Made by a program: the position numbers and the translations under genes. Positions 18,803-28,364 of a DNA stretch of 64,000 bases are shown here, one piece after another (position 1 is the first letter of the stretch; the number at the start of each line of letters is the position of its first letter). The notes beneath the pieces are model-generated. The model had not been told where the DNA came from, did not search any database, and saw only the letters and a program-made list of their open reading frames with translations. This DNA comes from a virus: positions 25,365 through 89,364 of IMG/VR virus record IMGVR_UViG_3300041411_000074; one strand, 5' to 3'.

Positions 18803-19303
18803 TCATTTCTCGTTCTCCAATTCATCAATCTTATCACTCAACGAGAGCAACCGACTTTCAATGTACTCTTTCTGAGACAACAAGTCGTTATATTCTTTCA
18901 CATACTTCTTCAGCACTGCTGCATTACTAACCTCATTCCCTTTAGGTTTAGCCCACTTCTTCGTACACTGATACCCTACAAACACAATGCCTTCGTAATC
19001 ATCTTTAGCATATTCATGCACAAATTCATAGTCATTCAGGTTGCAGATGAATTCTAAATCAAATCTTCCAACATCAATGTATTTAGAATATTCACGAGCC
19101 AACCCTTCGTGTGTGAAAATGTTTGTGTCTTCTTTGCCATCTTTGAAAGGCCAGTAGTTGTACGTGTCGATTAGGACAATATCACCGTGATCGTCTGTGC
19201 GAGCTACGCAGCGACGATCACGACACCAATAAGGGTCTGATGAAGGGCCGAGGTTAGGTTTCCAACTGTATGAAAAGTAATCACCATCTTTAATTTCTTT
19301 CAT
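18803..19303 (-). CDS. Hypothetical protein
   Basis: 166-aa ORF coupled to denV. Confidence 0.75.
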   Translation of the reverse strand: MKEIKDGDYFSYSWKPNLGPSSDPYWCRDRRCVARTDDHGDIVLIDTYNYWPFKDGKEDTNIFTHEGLAREYSKYIDVGRFDLEFICNLNDYEFVHEYAKDDYEGIVFVGYQCTKKWAKPKGNEVSNAAVLKKYVKEYNDLLSQKEYIESRLLSLSDKIDELENEK

Positions 19304-19695
19304 TTCATCTCTCCCAAACGTTCATTGATACGTTGACGACTAATTTCAATAGCTTCTTGTGTAGGAACATAATCTCCAAACCACCAGTTATTGATTCCTT
19401 CAATCAAACTGTCTTTTTCAATAGGATTTACTTTATATCCACGACTGACAGCTTCATTGCACAGAGAGTAATACCTCTTGGTGATGAAGTCAAGCTTATC
19501 ATACAGAAACAAAACATGACCTGTACCCATTGTGTAAGCTGATGGCTGCTTGATCTTATCTTTGAAATTGTACTTGTTAATCTTACGAGCTTGTGCTTTG
19601 CGGACTAGACCAAAGACACGAGTGATCTCATGCAATTCTCCGAGCAAGTGCTTATTGTGCAATTCAGATGGTGCGATAACATTGATTCTTGTCAT
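19300..19695 (-). CDS. denV: Endonuclease V, pyrimidine-dimer DNA glycosylase/AP lyase
   Basis: MTRIN...L...HL..E..EITRVF...Y.MG.GHV.F.YDKL..RY..L..E...RGY, as in T4 DenV. Confidence 0.92.
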   Translation of the reverse strand: MTRINVIAPSELHNKHLLGELHEITRVFGLVRKAQARKINKYNFKDKIKQPSAYTMGTGHVLFLYDKLDFITKRYYSLCNEAVSRGYKVNPIEKDSLIEGINNWWFGDYVPTQEAIEISRQRINERLGEMK

Positions 19696-19728
19696 GACAA
19701 AGCTTCTGTGTGAGTAGCTGATGTGAGA

Positions 19729-19764
19729 ATCATACAGACAAAAGAAAAGGCCGTCAAGCGGCCT
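19729..19764 (-). promoter_or_regulatory. Terminator hairpin with the -35 box in its loop, plus sigma70 promoter
   Basis: AGGCCG-CTTGA-CGGCCT-TTTCTTTT; TTGACG-17-TATGAT; 17-bp core identical to 10199-10215. Confidence 0.8.
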
Positions 19765-20241
19765 GTGGGGTTGGGGTAGCATATAAAATAAATTTATTTT
19801 AATGTGCATATCTCTTCGTTCAAGTGTAGGACTGTGATACTCCCTCTAAAAAGCTTTACTTCAAACTCTCCGTTGTGACTATTTCTGCTTTCTATTCGTG
19901 AACGTAACAATGCCACCAAACGGTCATCGATTGCTTCTCCAAAGTGCTCTTCTAAGAACTTAGAGATGACCGTTTTTAAATAGAACCTTCTTTTCATCTC
20001 CACTTTGTTCATTTAAAATCTTCCTCTGTAATTTTAGGATATTCCACTTCCATAACACGAGCCTGAATGTCATCACGAAACCTAAACCACTCTTGTTCTG
20101 TGCTTGAGTACCAGAAGGAAACGTTGTTAACTCTCTTTACGTAGTTTAGTTCTGTGAATATACCAAGCTCATCATAAACAGAGACGAAGCATTCAGACCA
20201 GAAATCGTTTGGTAGATCTGTTGGTTTTATCCAATTGTTCA

Positions 20242-21597
20242 TTATTTCTTACTCACAAAGCAAAATTGATTATCACCCACTTCCTCTTTCCATGCATTCA
20301 GCATAATAGAGTGGAGTTTGTCTTCAGCACTTGCACGACAGATGAAACTGTCATGATAAATCAAAAGGTTTTCTCCTTCTTGAATCATGTCTGATACTAC
20401 ACGGGCTGCAATATTGCTGTCAATATTCATCAGTCGCATACCGGCATCAGTATAGAAATAATCTTCAATCAAATAATTATGTTTACGAATAGCCTCACAA
20501 ACGTCTAGCACTTTGGTAGGTTTGATAATCCCAACAAACTTCTTATCTTGATCTTTCTTTTTAGTGTCTTGGAACAGCTTATTACTTACTGCGCTAACTG
20601 CTCCTGTACGATCAATTGCGTTAATAGAGATGAGCAAAGCTACTTTAGCCAGATTGCGCACAGGATCATATGTAGTCAAGCCATACTTTTCTTTGTGGTC
20701 ATCAATCATTTCCTGATCAATCTTTACAATCTCTGAAAGATCAGCACCATATGGCTTGAAGTCTCGACCAATAATATCCCAAACATTGCAGTCATACCCT
20801 CCACTTAGATTCAGCCGTTCTAAACAGAGCATCGGGTGGATTGATGAGTAGTCGAGTTCACAAACAGATTCCCCACCAAATGTCAGATACTTAGAACGAT
20901 ATTTCTCAGGAAGAAGCTGCACGCCGCCACCTGATACAAAGAAGCGTCCAGACTCTTGCAGACTATTGCTGTATACACGTTTGTACTCAACTGTTGCAAC
21001 ACGTTTGCCTTTGAATTCAATACTAGCGTCTTTCAAGCTGTCGTTTAACACTTTAACACCCTCTCTCAGTGTGGTGATACCATTACGTCCACGAAGGGAC
21101 TTGTTTTCACCTGTCTTTCTGTTACGAATTTCAATCATTTCATCAGCCTCAGTGTTAGGCATCAATACTAAATCAATTGTATCCCACAAAGCAAGGTATT
21201 TTTCTTTAAATTGTACAAAAGATTTAACTGTTTTGGTTGGATTACCTTTGGTATCTGTTTCTTTTACAAATCCTTTATAAATGTCAATAAACTGACACTC
21301 CTCTAGATGGTAGAGAAGGGCAGTCACAACACGATAACCAATGTTTTGATCATTAGAGCTATAGTAATTAGAAGATAATGAGATATAGAAGCCTCCAGCT
21401 TTGTTCCTAACTGCCTTAGCACTATTAGTTACAAACCAACGGATAGCTTTCTCCCACCTACCATCTGTAACAGTAAGGAGATACTTCACTACACCCTCAT
21501 ACCATACACTTCTGTGATAATACAAGCTACTATCTGTATTAGTAATCATAGCTTCATACATCTGAAGATCATTCATCTCTCTTAAATCATAAATCAT
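20242..21597 (-). CDS. Pol A / T7-RNAP-superfamily nucleotidyltransferase lacking an exonuclease domain
   Basis: SGRFF, ELDYSSIHP (motif A), RNLAKVALL (motif B), IYHDSF (motif C). Confidence 0.7.
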   Translation of the reverse strand: MIYDLREMNDLQMYEAMITNTDSSLYYHRSVWYEGVVKYLLTVTDGRWEKAIRWFVTNSAKAVRNKAGGFYISLSSNYYSSNDQNIGYRVVTALLYHLEECQFIDIYKGFVKETDTKGNPTKTVKSFVQFKEKYLALWDTIDLVLMPNTEADEMIEIRNRKTGENKSLRGRNGITTLREGVKVLNDSLKDASIEFKGKRVATVEYKRVYSNSLQESGRFFVSGGGVQLLPEKYRSKYLTFGGESVCELDYSSIHPMLCLERLNLSGGYDCNVWDIIGRDFKPYGADLSEIVKIDQEMIDDHKEKYGLTTYDPVRNLAKVALLISINAIDRTGAVSAVSNKLFQDTKKKDQDKKFVGIIKPTKVLDVCEAIRKHNYLIEDYFYTDAGMRLMNIDSNIAARVVSDMIQEGENLLIYHDSFICRASAEDKLHSIMLNAWKEEVGDNQFCFVSKK

Positions 21598-23063
21598 AGA
21601 CTCGATATCCGGTAATGGTCTTATATAACATTTACACCTCTAGGCCACGTAATACAAGGCTCTCAGGAAAAGAAATCATTTATTCGCTCCACTGAATCAC
21701 AATCTCATCAGTCTTGTAGTCATGAAACTCAAAGTATGTCAACCCATCTTTAGGCTTAGGGTCTAACACACTGCCGTTACAAGGAAATCCTTTCTCTTTC
21801 AGGAGATGCATGATTGAATAGTTAGGTGGCTGGTTTAGGATATCATTCATTCCTATACGGATTTCTTTAATCATCGTTTCATACTCTCTTTTGTAGGAAA
21901 CTCCCAACCATTATCTTCACAAGTCTTCTTCCAAGCCTTGTCTTTGAAGCTCTCATCTTGCAGACGTTCATAAATGTATAGTGGTAGGTGAATCCAACCA
22001 TCGTAGGACATGGATTCAAAAAGATCCTTCAAATCACCCTTGTTGAAAGCGTATACTGTGTTCTTGTCTTCCATATCAATCTCCTCAATTTGTACAGCCA
22101 TAATCTCACATTTACCCCTCAAATAGCAAGGAAAAGAACATGGTATTATTTCAAGTGGTTAGTGGTTAAGTTGAAGGATATTCATGTTGTTTAATCCTCA
22201 ATCCCATCATCAAAATGTCTACGAATCAAATACTGTCTCCACTCTTCACTCACTTCATAATCTTTCTTTGTGTGGTTGTCAAAGAATCCAATAGCCCAAC
22301 CACTGCTACTGATGATACCACCTTCTCGGATAGGCTTCCCCCAAGATTCCTCAACATTCAATACTTCACCTTGAACATATGTGGATGCAAGATAGCGTGA
22401 TTTACTGAGGACAACTGAAGAGTATTTCTTTCCTGAATGTAAGTGTGTGACGTACCAAGCTTTAAGATTGTTCATTGCAAAACTCCGCTAATCACATCTT
22501 CATACTGCTGAATATAATCCCTCATACCCCTTTCAAACTGATACGAGGGTTCCAGATTACCACAGTATTCAATAGAACCACCTTCAGGATAGATGAACTT
22601 AAGCCGTCCAGCATAACTGTTCTCTACAAAAGCTTTCTCTTTGTAATGTTCCTCAGCTTGCAAGAAACCCTTCCACCACATTGATTTCTGCATCACTCTT
22701 CTCCCTTCCAAACCACTTCATAAACAGGACACACATCAGACAGCTTCCTGACATACGTATCATAATCCATAAAATTCCCTACAAGGAAGAACACCCCCTG
22801 ACTATTCATGACAAGCATCTCCTTCTCTTTGAGCTTAAGCTTCTGTCCCGTGGATGTGTCGATTATTTTGAATTTCTTTTTCATTTGTTATTCTCCTAGC
22901 ACTTTCGTGGTATAATTAATAAACTCATCTGACTCAGCAAGCTTTTTCTCATACAGCTCTGCATACTCTTCTGGAAACATCCAGTCAACCAAATTTTCTG
23001 CTGTACTCCTAGACATTTTCCAGCAGAGAAGGCTTATACAATACCCTCTAAACTCTTCATAAT

Positions 23064-23258
23064 TCATTTGGCATCAGCCTCGTAAGCATCATAGACGTGT
23101 ACAAGCATACCGTTCTCAACAAGTTTATAGAAATTCATGTTATGCTGAGTGGCTTCGTGTACAGAACCTTTGTTGGTTTCCATAAAGGAACGAGCATCAG
23201 AGTCAGTCCAGTGTTTGCCATGCAGTTGAAAGTGGTTACTTCTGAATTTAATGTTCAT
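23064..23258 (-). CDS. Hypothetical protein, first gene of the leftward block
   Basis: AAGGAG RBS and promoter. Confidence 0.7.
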   Translation of the reverse strand: MNIKFRSNHFQLHGKHWTDSDARSFMETNKGSVHEATQHNMNFYKLVENGMLVHVYDAYEADAK

Positions 23259-23284
23259 GGTGTGTCTCCTTGATTGATGTGCCT

Positions 23285-23313
23285 AGGATAACCTCATCAC
23301 CAACCCCTGTCAA
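23285..23313 (-). promoter_or_regulatory. Leftward sigma70-type promoter of a divergent pair
   Basis: TTGACA-17-TATCCT. Confidence 0.75.
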
Positions 23314-23348
23314 CCCCATTTCGAAAAATCTTCTGACAGAGTGTAGAT

Positions 23349-23413
23349 AAATCTACCAAACAAATTTGCTAGACAAATCTACTGAATGAATTTACCAAAT
23401 GAATTTGCCCAAG
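23349..23413. repeat. Five tandem imperfect 13-bp repeats
   Basis: aaatctaccaaac|aaatttgctagac|aaatctactgaat|gaatttaccaaat|gaatttgcccaag. Confidence 0.75.
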
Positions 23414-23460
23414 GGGTTTCCCTAAATAGATCGCCTAGAATAATATTTTTAAATCATTTC

Positions 23461-23489
23461 TTGACAGGTGGAGGGATGTGGTGGAGAAT
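23461..23489 (+). promoter_or_regulatory. Rightward sigma70-type promoter of a divergent pair
   Basis: TTGACA-17-GAGAAT. Confidence 0.75.
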
Positions 23490-23526
23490 TGGTGTATCTG
23501 AAAAGCAACGTAGAGAGGAAAATATA

Positions 23527-24369
23527 ATGGAAATTAAAGCTTACGCCTGTAAACACTGTGAATCAATCTACAAGACAGCGCAGAAAGCATCTGCCTGTGA
23601 AAAGAAATGTGTAGCCCGTATTGCAGAGGAGAAGACTGAGGAGGAACGTCAGGCAAACCTTCAAACTCTTGTGAATTACGTTCGTCTGAACGCAGAGTCT
23701 ATAGAAGATATCTGCCGAATGTCTGAGGAAGTAAGCCTCAAGTTGTTCCCCAAATCCTCTATCAAGAAGATGAAGCTTCGTGTTTCTTACGCACCACATG
23801 CTAGTAACTCTCATTCTGCACCTCTCGGTGAATTTGAGAATTGGGGACGCAAGGAAGGTAAACCTACGGGATACCCAGCACTTAGAGGTTCAATTACTGT
23901 AGTGTACAACAAGGAACCTAAAGGTTTTTCTTCAAGTACCTTCAATTCTCGTGATGGTATTTGTGGTATTCACACAGGGGATGGTGGCTATCGGTCAGGG
24001 GATGGTGGCTATACTGTGGGTTATGACGTAACCCTCTGGTTGTCTGATTTTCCTAAGATCAAAGCTGCAATTGAGGCTAAACAAAAAGAGATTGATAGTT
24101 ATGAAATTTTTCGTTCCAAACTTTCTGGCGAATACATCGACCAAGTGAGCGCAGATGCTGAGATTAATGCTGCCAAGTCCAATATCGAAGACTTTGAAGA
24201 TGAAATCCGAAAACTACGTGAGCTGATCGCTTGTGAGCAAGGTATTATCAAGGACAAAAAAGAAAACTACTCAACCCCTAAACAAGAAATTCTTGACAAA
24301 GAGTATGAGAAGACTTCTAATGATTTTGGTCTGAGTCGTGGTCAGCAATCATTGACAAGCATCTGGTAA
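23527..24369 (+). CDS. Hypothetical protein with an N-terminal Zn finger and C-terminal coiled coil
   Basis: GAGG RBS; YACKHC...CEKKC; SNSHSAP.G...NWG motif. Confidence 0.8.
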   Translation: MEIKAYACKHCESIYKTAQKASACEKKCVARIAEEKTEEERQANLQTLVNYVRLNAESIEDICRMSEEVSLKLFPKSSIKKMKLRVSYAPHASNSHSAPLGEFENWGRKEGKPTGYPALRGSITVVYNKEPKGFSSSTFNSRDGICGIHTGDGGYRSGDGGYTVGYDVTLWLSDFPKIKAAIEAKQKEIDSYEIFRSKLSGEYIDQVSADAEINAAKSNIEDFEDEIRKLRELIACEQGIIKDKKENYSTPKQEILDKEYEKTSNDFGLSRGQQSLTSIW

Positions 24370-24975
24370 AACCTCTTGACCCCTCACAAACAATGTGACA
24401 AGATACTGTGACTGAAGCGCTTACGAGTAAGCTAATGTAAGCAAATAAATTTGACTAATTATTAATGTAATGCTATGCAGCGAAAGCTATTCGAAGAGTG
24501 GCGGCTGTGGGAGAGATGGGATGATTTCAGGATATGTGTTAGCAAGGCAAACTGCTGTAGAAATGCCTAATGGTGCTCGTAGTGAGCTAGGTTATACACT
24601 TTTGGATGGTGTTGGCGTATTTCACTCTATTGAAGAGGTGTACGAAGTGATCAAGGACTTGAACTTACCTCTTGGCTGGGTAGCTATGTCGGTGGACCAA
24701 CTTCTTCCGGGTTATATGCTTCCAAAGGAGAATAAATAATGAGAGTATGTCAGTCAATTCAAGAGCTTCTTGATGAAGAGCTAAGCCAAATGTGGGAAGG
24801 TTTGGACTATGAAGGTCTGAATGTGGAAGCTACGAAAGAGTGGTTTGCAGGGACAGATATTTTTATTCAGATTCTTGATAAACTTAAAGAAGAAAATAAG
24901 CACCTATCATGATTGATGAACATATGCAGCAATTAATTGAGATGGAAAAATAAATTGAATGGGTGGGAGGAATAA

Positions 24976-25209
24976 GTGATGAATTGCAAATGGAGACATG
25001 TTGACCTAGGCTGGCGGTGTGGTACAATCTACGAAATGTGTGATGAAGCTGTTCAGGTTGCGAAATTGTTGAACACACAAGTATCATTTACTTTCAACGG
25101 TGTTCGTGTTAATGTCAGCAACCAAAGTGATGTTGAAGGTGTTTCTTTTCAAGCAATGGAAGCTGTAAAGAATAAAACTGATGCAGTCTTTGGGAAGGGG
25201 TGTCACTAA
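24976..25209 (+). CDS. Hypothetical protein, paralogue of 11464..11742
   Basis: GGAGG RBS; VSFTFNG motif. Confidence 0.65.
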   Translation: MMNCKWRHVDLGWRCGTIYEMCDEAVQVAKLLNTQVSFTFNGVRVNVSNQSDVEGVSFQAMEAVKNKTDAVFGKGCH

Positions 25210-25514
25210 TGGCTATGATTAATATCACTAAAGATTATCGCAAGTATTCTAGTGAAGAACTTCGGTCACTTGCATATTCAGGCTTGCTTGAGTGTAACGG
25301 GTATGATCTTGACTCGTTCCTTGAATACATCTTTCAGGACATGCACAGCGAACAAGACTTGAAAGAAGCCTTAGAGGAAGGTAAGAAGGAAGCACTTGAC
25401 AGTGAAATTAGTATTTGTTCAGAATGTGAAGAAGAGATTTATGGCTGAACATCCTTGCTATTCTTGAAGCAATTTGATTAATATTCTTTGCAGGGTGTTG
25501 GAGGGGAGAAGAGC

Positions 25515-27272
25515 GTGAGTAACAAATACGGCATTGATACATCCCATGAACACAAGACAGGATGTCCAAGGTGTATTCGAAAAGGTGAGGACAGGTCCAA
25601 GAATAATTTGCACGTCTATGGAGAAGGTAAGGGAGCTTTCTGTTGGGCGTGTGAGTTTACTATTCCAAGTGATGAGTGGCTTGCCGAACATGGCGAAATT
25701 AAAGATGAAGAAGAGGAGTTTGATTACATGGGTTCTGAGTTTAACCAAGAGATTCACAATAAATTGAAAGAAAACACGTCAGTAGACCCTAAAGGTTGGA
25801 GGGGTCTACGCCGTGATACTTGTGCCTACTTTGGTGTTCGTCACTCCTTCAACACTGAAACAGGTGAGATTGAAAAACAATATTATCCAACTACCCAGAA
25901 CTACGAGTTGTCGGGTTATAAGGTTAGGCATGAACCAAAGGATTTTGGGGCAATTGGCATCACTGGTAAACAATGTGAATTATTTGGACAATTCCGGTTT
26001 CAGGATGGCAAGGGCAAATATATTCTGTTGGTAGCTGGCGAAATCGACGCCTTGAGTGCCTACCAGCTCCTTGGTGATTATCAGAAATCCAAAGGCTTTG
26101 AACCTATTCCTGTAGTTTCTAGTACTATTGGTGAAGGAGGAAGTGCCAAACAGGTGCAACAGCAGTATGCATTTCTGGACCAATGGGAGCGAGTCCATAT
26201 TTGTTATGACAACGATAAAGCTGGCAAGGAGGCTGCTGAGAAAGTGGCTAAAGTTTTGCCTAAAGGTAAAGCATTTATTGTCAACCTAAGCTTGAAAGAT
26301 TGTAATGAGTATCTTGTGGCAGGGAAGAGTAAGGAATTTATCAAAGCTTTCTATGATGCCAAGGGCTATACCCCGAACGGTATTGTTGGTAGTGGTGAGC
26401 TTTACCAAAAAATCCTTGATGAGGTGGAAGCTGACAAAATCCCTTTTCCACCATTTATGAAAAAGCTCAATGAAATGACTGCTGGTGGTCTGAGCTTGGG
26501 GAAGCTGTGTAACATCGGCGCCGCCACAGGATTAGGGAAGACAGTTTATGTGGACTCAATTATTTACCATCTTATTTTCAACAGTCCATACCGTGTTGGT
26601 GTGGTGAGTATGGAACTTAACAGTGGTCAGTATGGTCTATCTATGTTGTCTCGACATGTTGGTCGGAAGATTGCCAACATTCAGGATAAGGAAGAGCGTA
26701 GTAACTATTTGAAGAGTGATTACGTCCAAGAGAAGCAAAAGGAGTTGTTCTTTAAAGCGGACGGCTCACACCGTTGGCACTTGGTCGATGATCGGGATGG
26801 TTCAATCGAGGATATGAAATCTCTCGTTGAACAGTTGGTTATTAGCTGCGAGTGTAAGGTAATTGTACTTGATCCATTGCAAGACATTCTGGATGGTATG
26901 AGCAACGAAGATCAAGCTTTGTTCCTGAAGTGGCAGAAAGGTTTGATTAAGAGCCACAACATGAGTTTCATTAACATCAATCATGTCCGAAAAAGTGGCA
27001 ATTCTTCGCAATCAAACTCTAACGGCGGGATGATTACCGAAGAGGATTTTGCTGGCTCAAGTACAATTATGAAATCTGCTGCACTGAATATTCTCCTAGT
27101 GAGAGACAAGATGAATGAAGACCCTGTGATCCGCAACACTACCCGAGCTTTTCTTAGTAAGAATCGGGATAATGGTATTACAGGCCCAGCAGGTTCATAT
27201 TACTACAATAATGAAACCCACCAACTTCAAGATTTTGATGAATGGTTAGAGGAAAATCCACAGGAGTTTTAA
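25515..27272 (+). CDS. T7 gp4-like DNA primase-helicase
   Basis: Zn finger CPRC..CWAC, TOPRIM (GEIDA, YDND, KDCNE), Walker A GAATGLGKT, SF4 motifs. Confidence 0.95.
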   Translation: MSNKYGIDTSHEHKTGCPRCIRKGEDRSKNNLHVYGEGKGAFCWACEFTIPSDEWLAEHGEIKDEEEEFDYMGSEFNQEIHNKLKENTSVDPKGWRGLRRDTCAYFGVRHSFNTETGEIEKQYYPTTQNYELSGYKVRHEPKDFGAIGITGKQCELFGQFRFQDGKGKYILLVAGEIDALSAYQLLGDYQKSKGFEPIPVVSSTIGEGGSAKQVQQQYAFLDQWERVHICYDNDKAGKEAAEKVAKVLPKGKAFIVNLSLKDCNEYLVAGKSKEFIKAFYDAKGYTPNGIVGSGELYQKILDEVEADKIPFPPFMKKLNEMTAGGLSLGKLCNIGAATGLGKTVYVDSIIYHLIFNSPYRVGVVSMELNSGQYGLSMLSRHVGRKIANIQDKEERSNYLKSDYVQEKQKELFFKADGSHRWHLVDDRDGSIEDMKSLVEQLVISCECKVIVLDPLQDILDGMSNEDQALFLKWQKGLIKSHNMSFININHVRKSGNSSQSNSNGGMITEEDFAGSSTIMKSAALNILLVRDKMNEDPVIRNTTRAFLSKNRDNGITGPAGSYYYNNETHQLQDFDEWLEENPQEF

Positions 27273-28355
27273 ATGGCAATTAAGTATTTAGAAATTGGCC
27301 AAGTATTAGAAAATAAACAAGGTGAGAAGTATGTAATTGAAGGTCTTGACCACTGTAAATCAGTTAAGGTTAGATTCCTCTCTAATAATTCTGTAAAATA
27401 CACTACTGCAAATTATGCTTATCGTGGCATCGTCCGCATGGAAAGGGTTCTTGTCGGTGAACAATATTTGGATAAGAATGGGGAAACAATTACTGTAGTT
27501 GGCAAGACTAAACAAGATGATATTACAATCCAATGGGATGATGGCGAAACGCGCTCGACAAATGCCTATAGGATTGAGAATAGGCTTGTGATTCGGACCA
27601 ATGACAATAAGCATGTTAATCCAACCGTAAAAGTTGGGCAAATATACGTTAATCGCCAAGGTTCAGAAATCAAGGTTCTTGAATACGAAAATTCAACCAA
27701 GATTTTAGTGGAGATTGGCGAAAGAAAGTACCAGCAATATGTACACGCAGGGAATCTGATATCACTAAATGTACATGACAAGTATGCACCATCTGTTGCA
27801 GGTAAAGGTATTTTTGGAGATGCAGAAGTTGATGTCAAATCTCAAGTCTATACTTCTTGGGCTGGGATGTTAAAACGCTGCTATACTTTTTATGATGATA
27901 AACCAAGGGCAAGAATCAACTATGAAGGCTGTGAAGTCAGGGAAGATTTTCTGTATCTTCCAGATTACATGGCTTGGTATGAGAAACAAATTGTTCAGCC
28001 AAAGTGGCATCTTGACAAAGATCTTTTGGTTCCCGGTAATAAGATCTACAGCCCCGATACGTGTGTGTTTTTACCAAGAGCTTTGAATACGTTCTTAACA
28101 GTCAGGGGTAATGAACGCGGACCATATCCAATCGGCGTTACTTACCATGAACGTCTAGGGAAATATGAGGCTTGCTGTAATCGGGATGGTAAGAGTGTTT
28201 ATCTTGGGCTTTATTTAAATCCTGAAGATGCCTTTGAAGCTTACAAGAAAGAGAAGGAATCTTACGCGAAAGATCTTGCAAAGCGTTGGGAAGGGGTGAT
28301 AGACTCTCGGGCTTGTGAAGCACTGATGAATTATAGGGTTTTAATTACCGATTAG
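27273..28355 (+). CDS. HNH-like/AP2 putative homing endonuclease with three N-terminal repeats
   Basis: Three G(Q/E)..(N/K).G..I.V modules; W.GMLKRCY, LDKDLL..GNKIYSPDTC, AP2-like end. Confidence 0.7.
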   Translation: MAIKYLEIGQVLENKQGEKYVIEGLDHCKSVKVRFLSNNSVKYTTANYAYRGIVRMERVLVGEQYLDKNGETITVVGKTKQDDITIQWDDGETRSTNAYRIENRLVIRTNDNKHVNPTVKVGQIYVNRQGSEIKVLEYENSTKILVEIGERKYQQYVHAGNLISLNVHDKYAPSVAGKGIFGDAEVDVKSQVYTSWAGMLKRCYTFYDDKPRARINYEGCEVREDFLYLPDYMAWYEKQIVQPKWHLDKDLLVPGNKIYSPDTCVFLPRALNTFLTVRGNERGPYPIGVTYHERLGKYEACCNRDGKSVYLGLYLNPEDAFEAYKKEKESYAKDLAKRWEGVIDSRACEALMNYRVLITD

Positions 28356-28364
28356 GAGTAACAA

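Larger units (their letters stand above)
3851..23258 (-). other. Early/accessory region: dozens of tightly packed small leftward ORFs, mostly hypothetical
   Basis: Contiguous minus-strand ORFs with RBSs and ATGA overlaps, interspersed with sigma70 promoters. Confidence 0.85.

Noticed and set aside
15483-21660. Shared gccacgt/tacaagg words at about 15483-15511 and 21644-21660
   Set aside because: Only two short words with different spacing; too weak to call a motif
23349-23413. Possible mini-CRISPR array
   Set aside because: The repeats are 13 bp, degenerate and abutting, with no spacers; no cas genes are present
23386-23526. N-terminal extensions in the ORF track (also at 19809, 17609, 33063 and 37809)
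   Set aside because: They run across promoters or upstream genes; internal starts with better RBS or promoter context are more plausible
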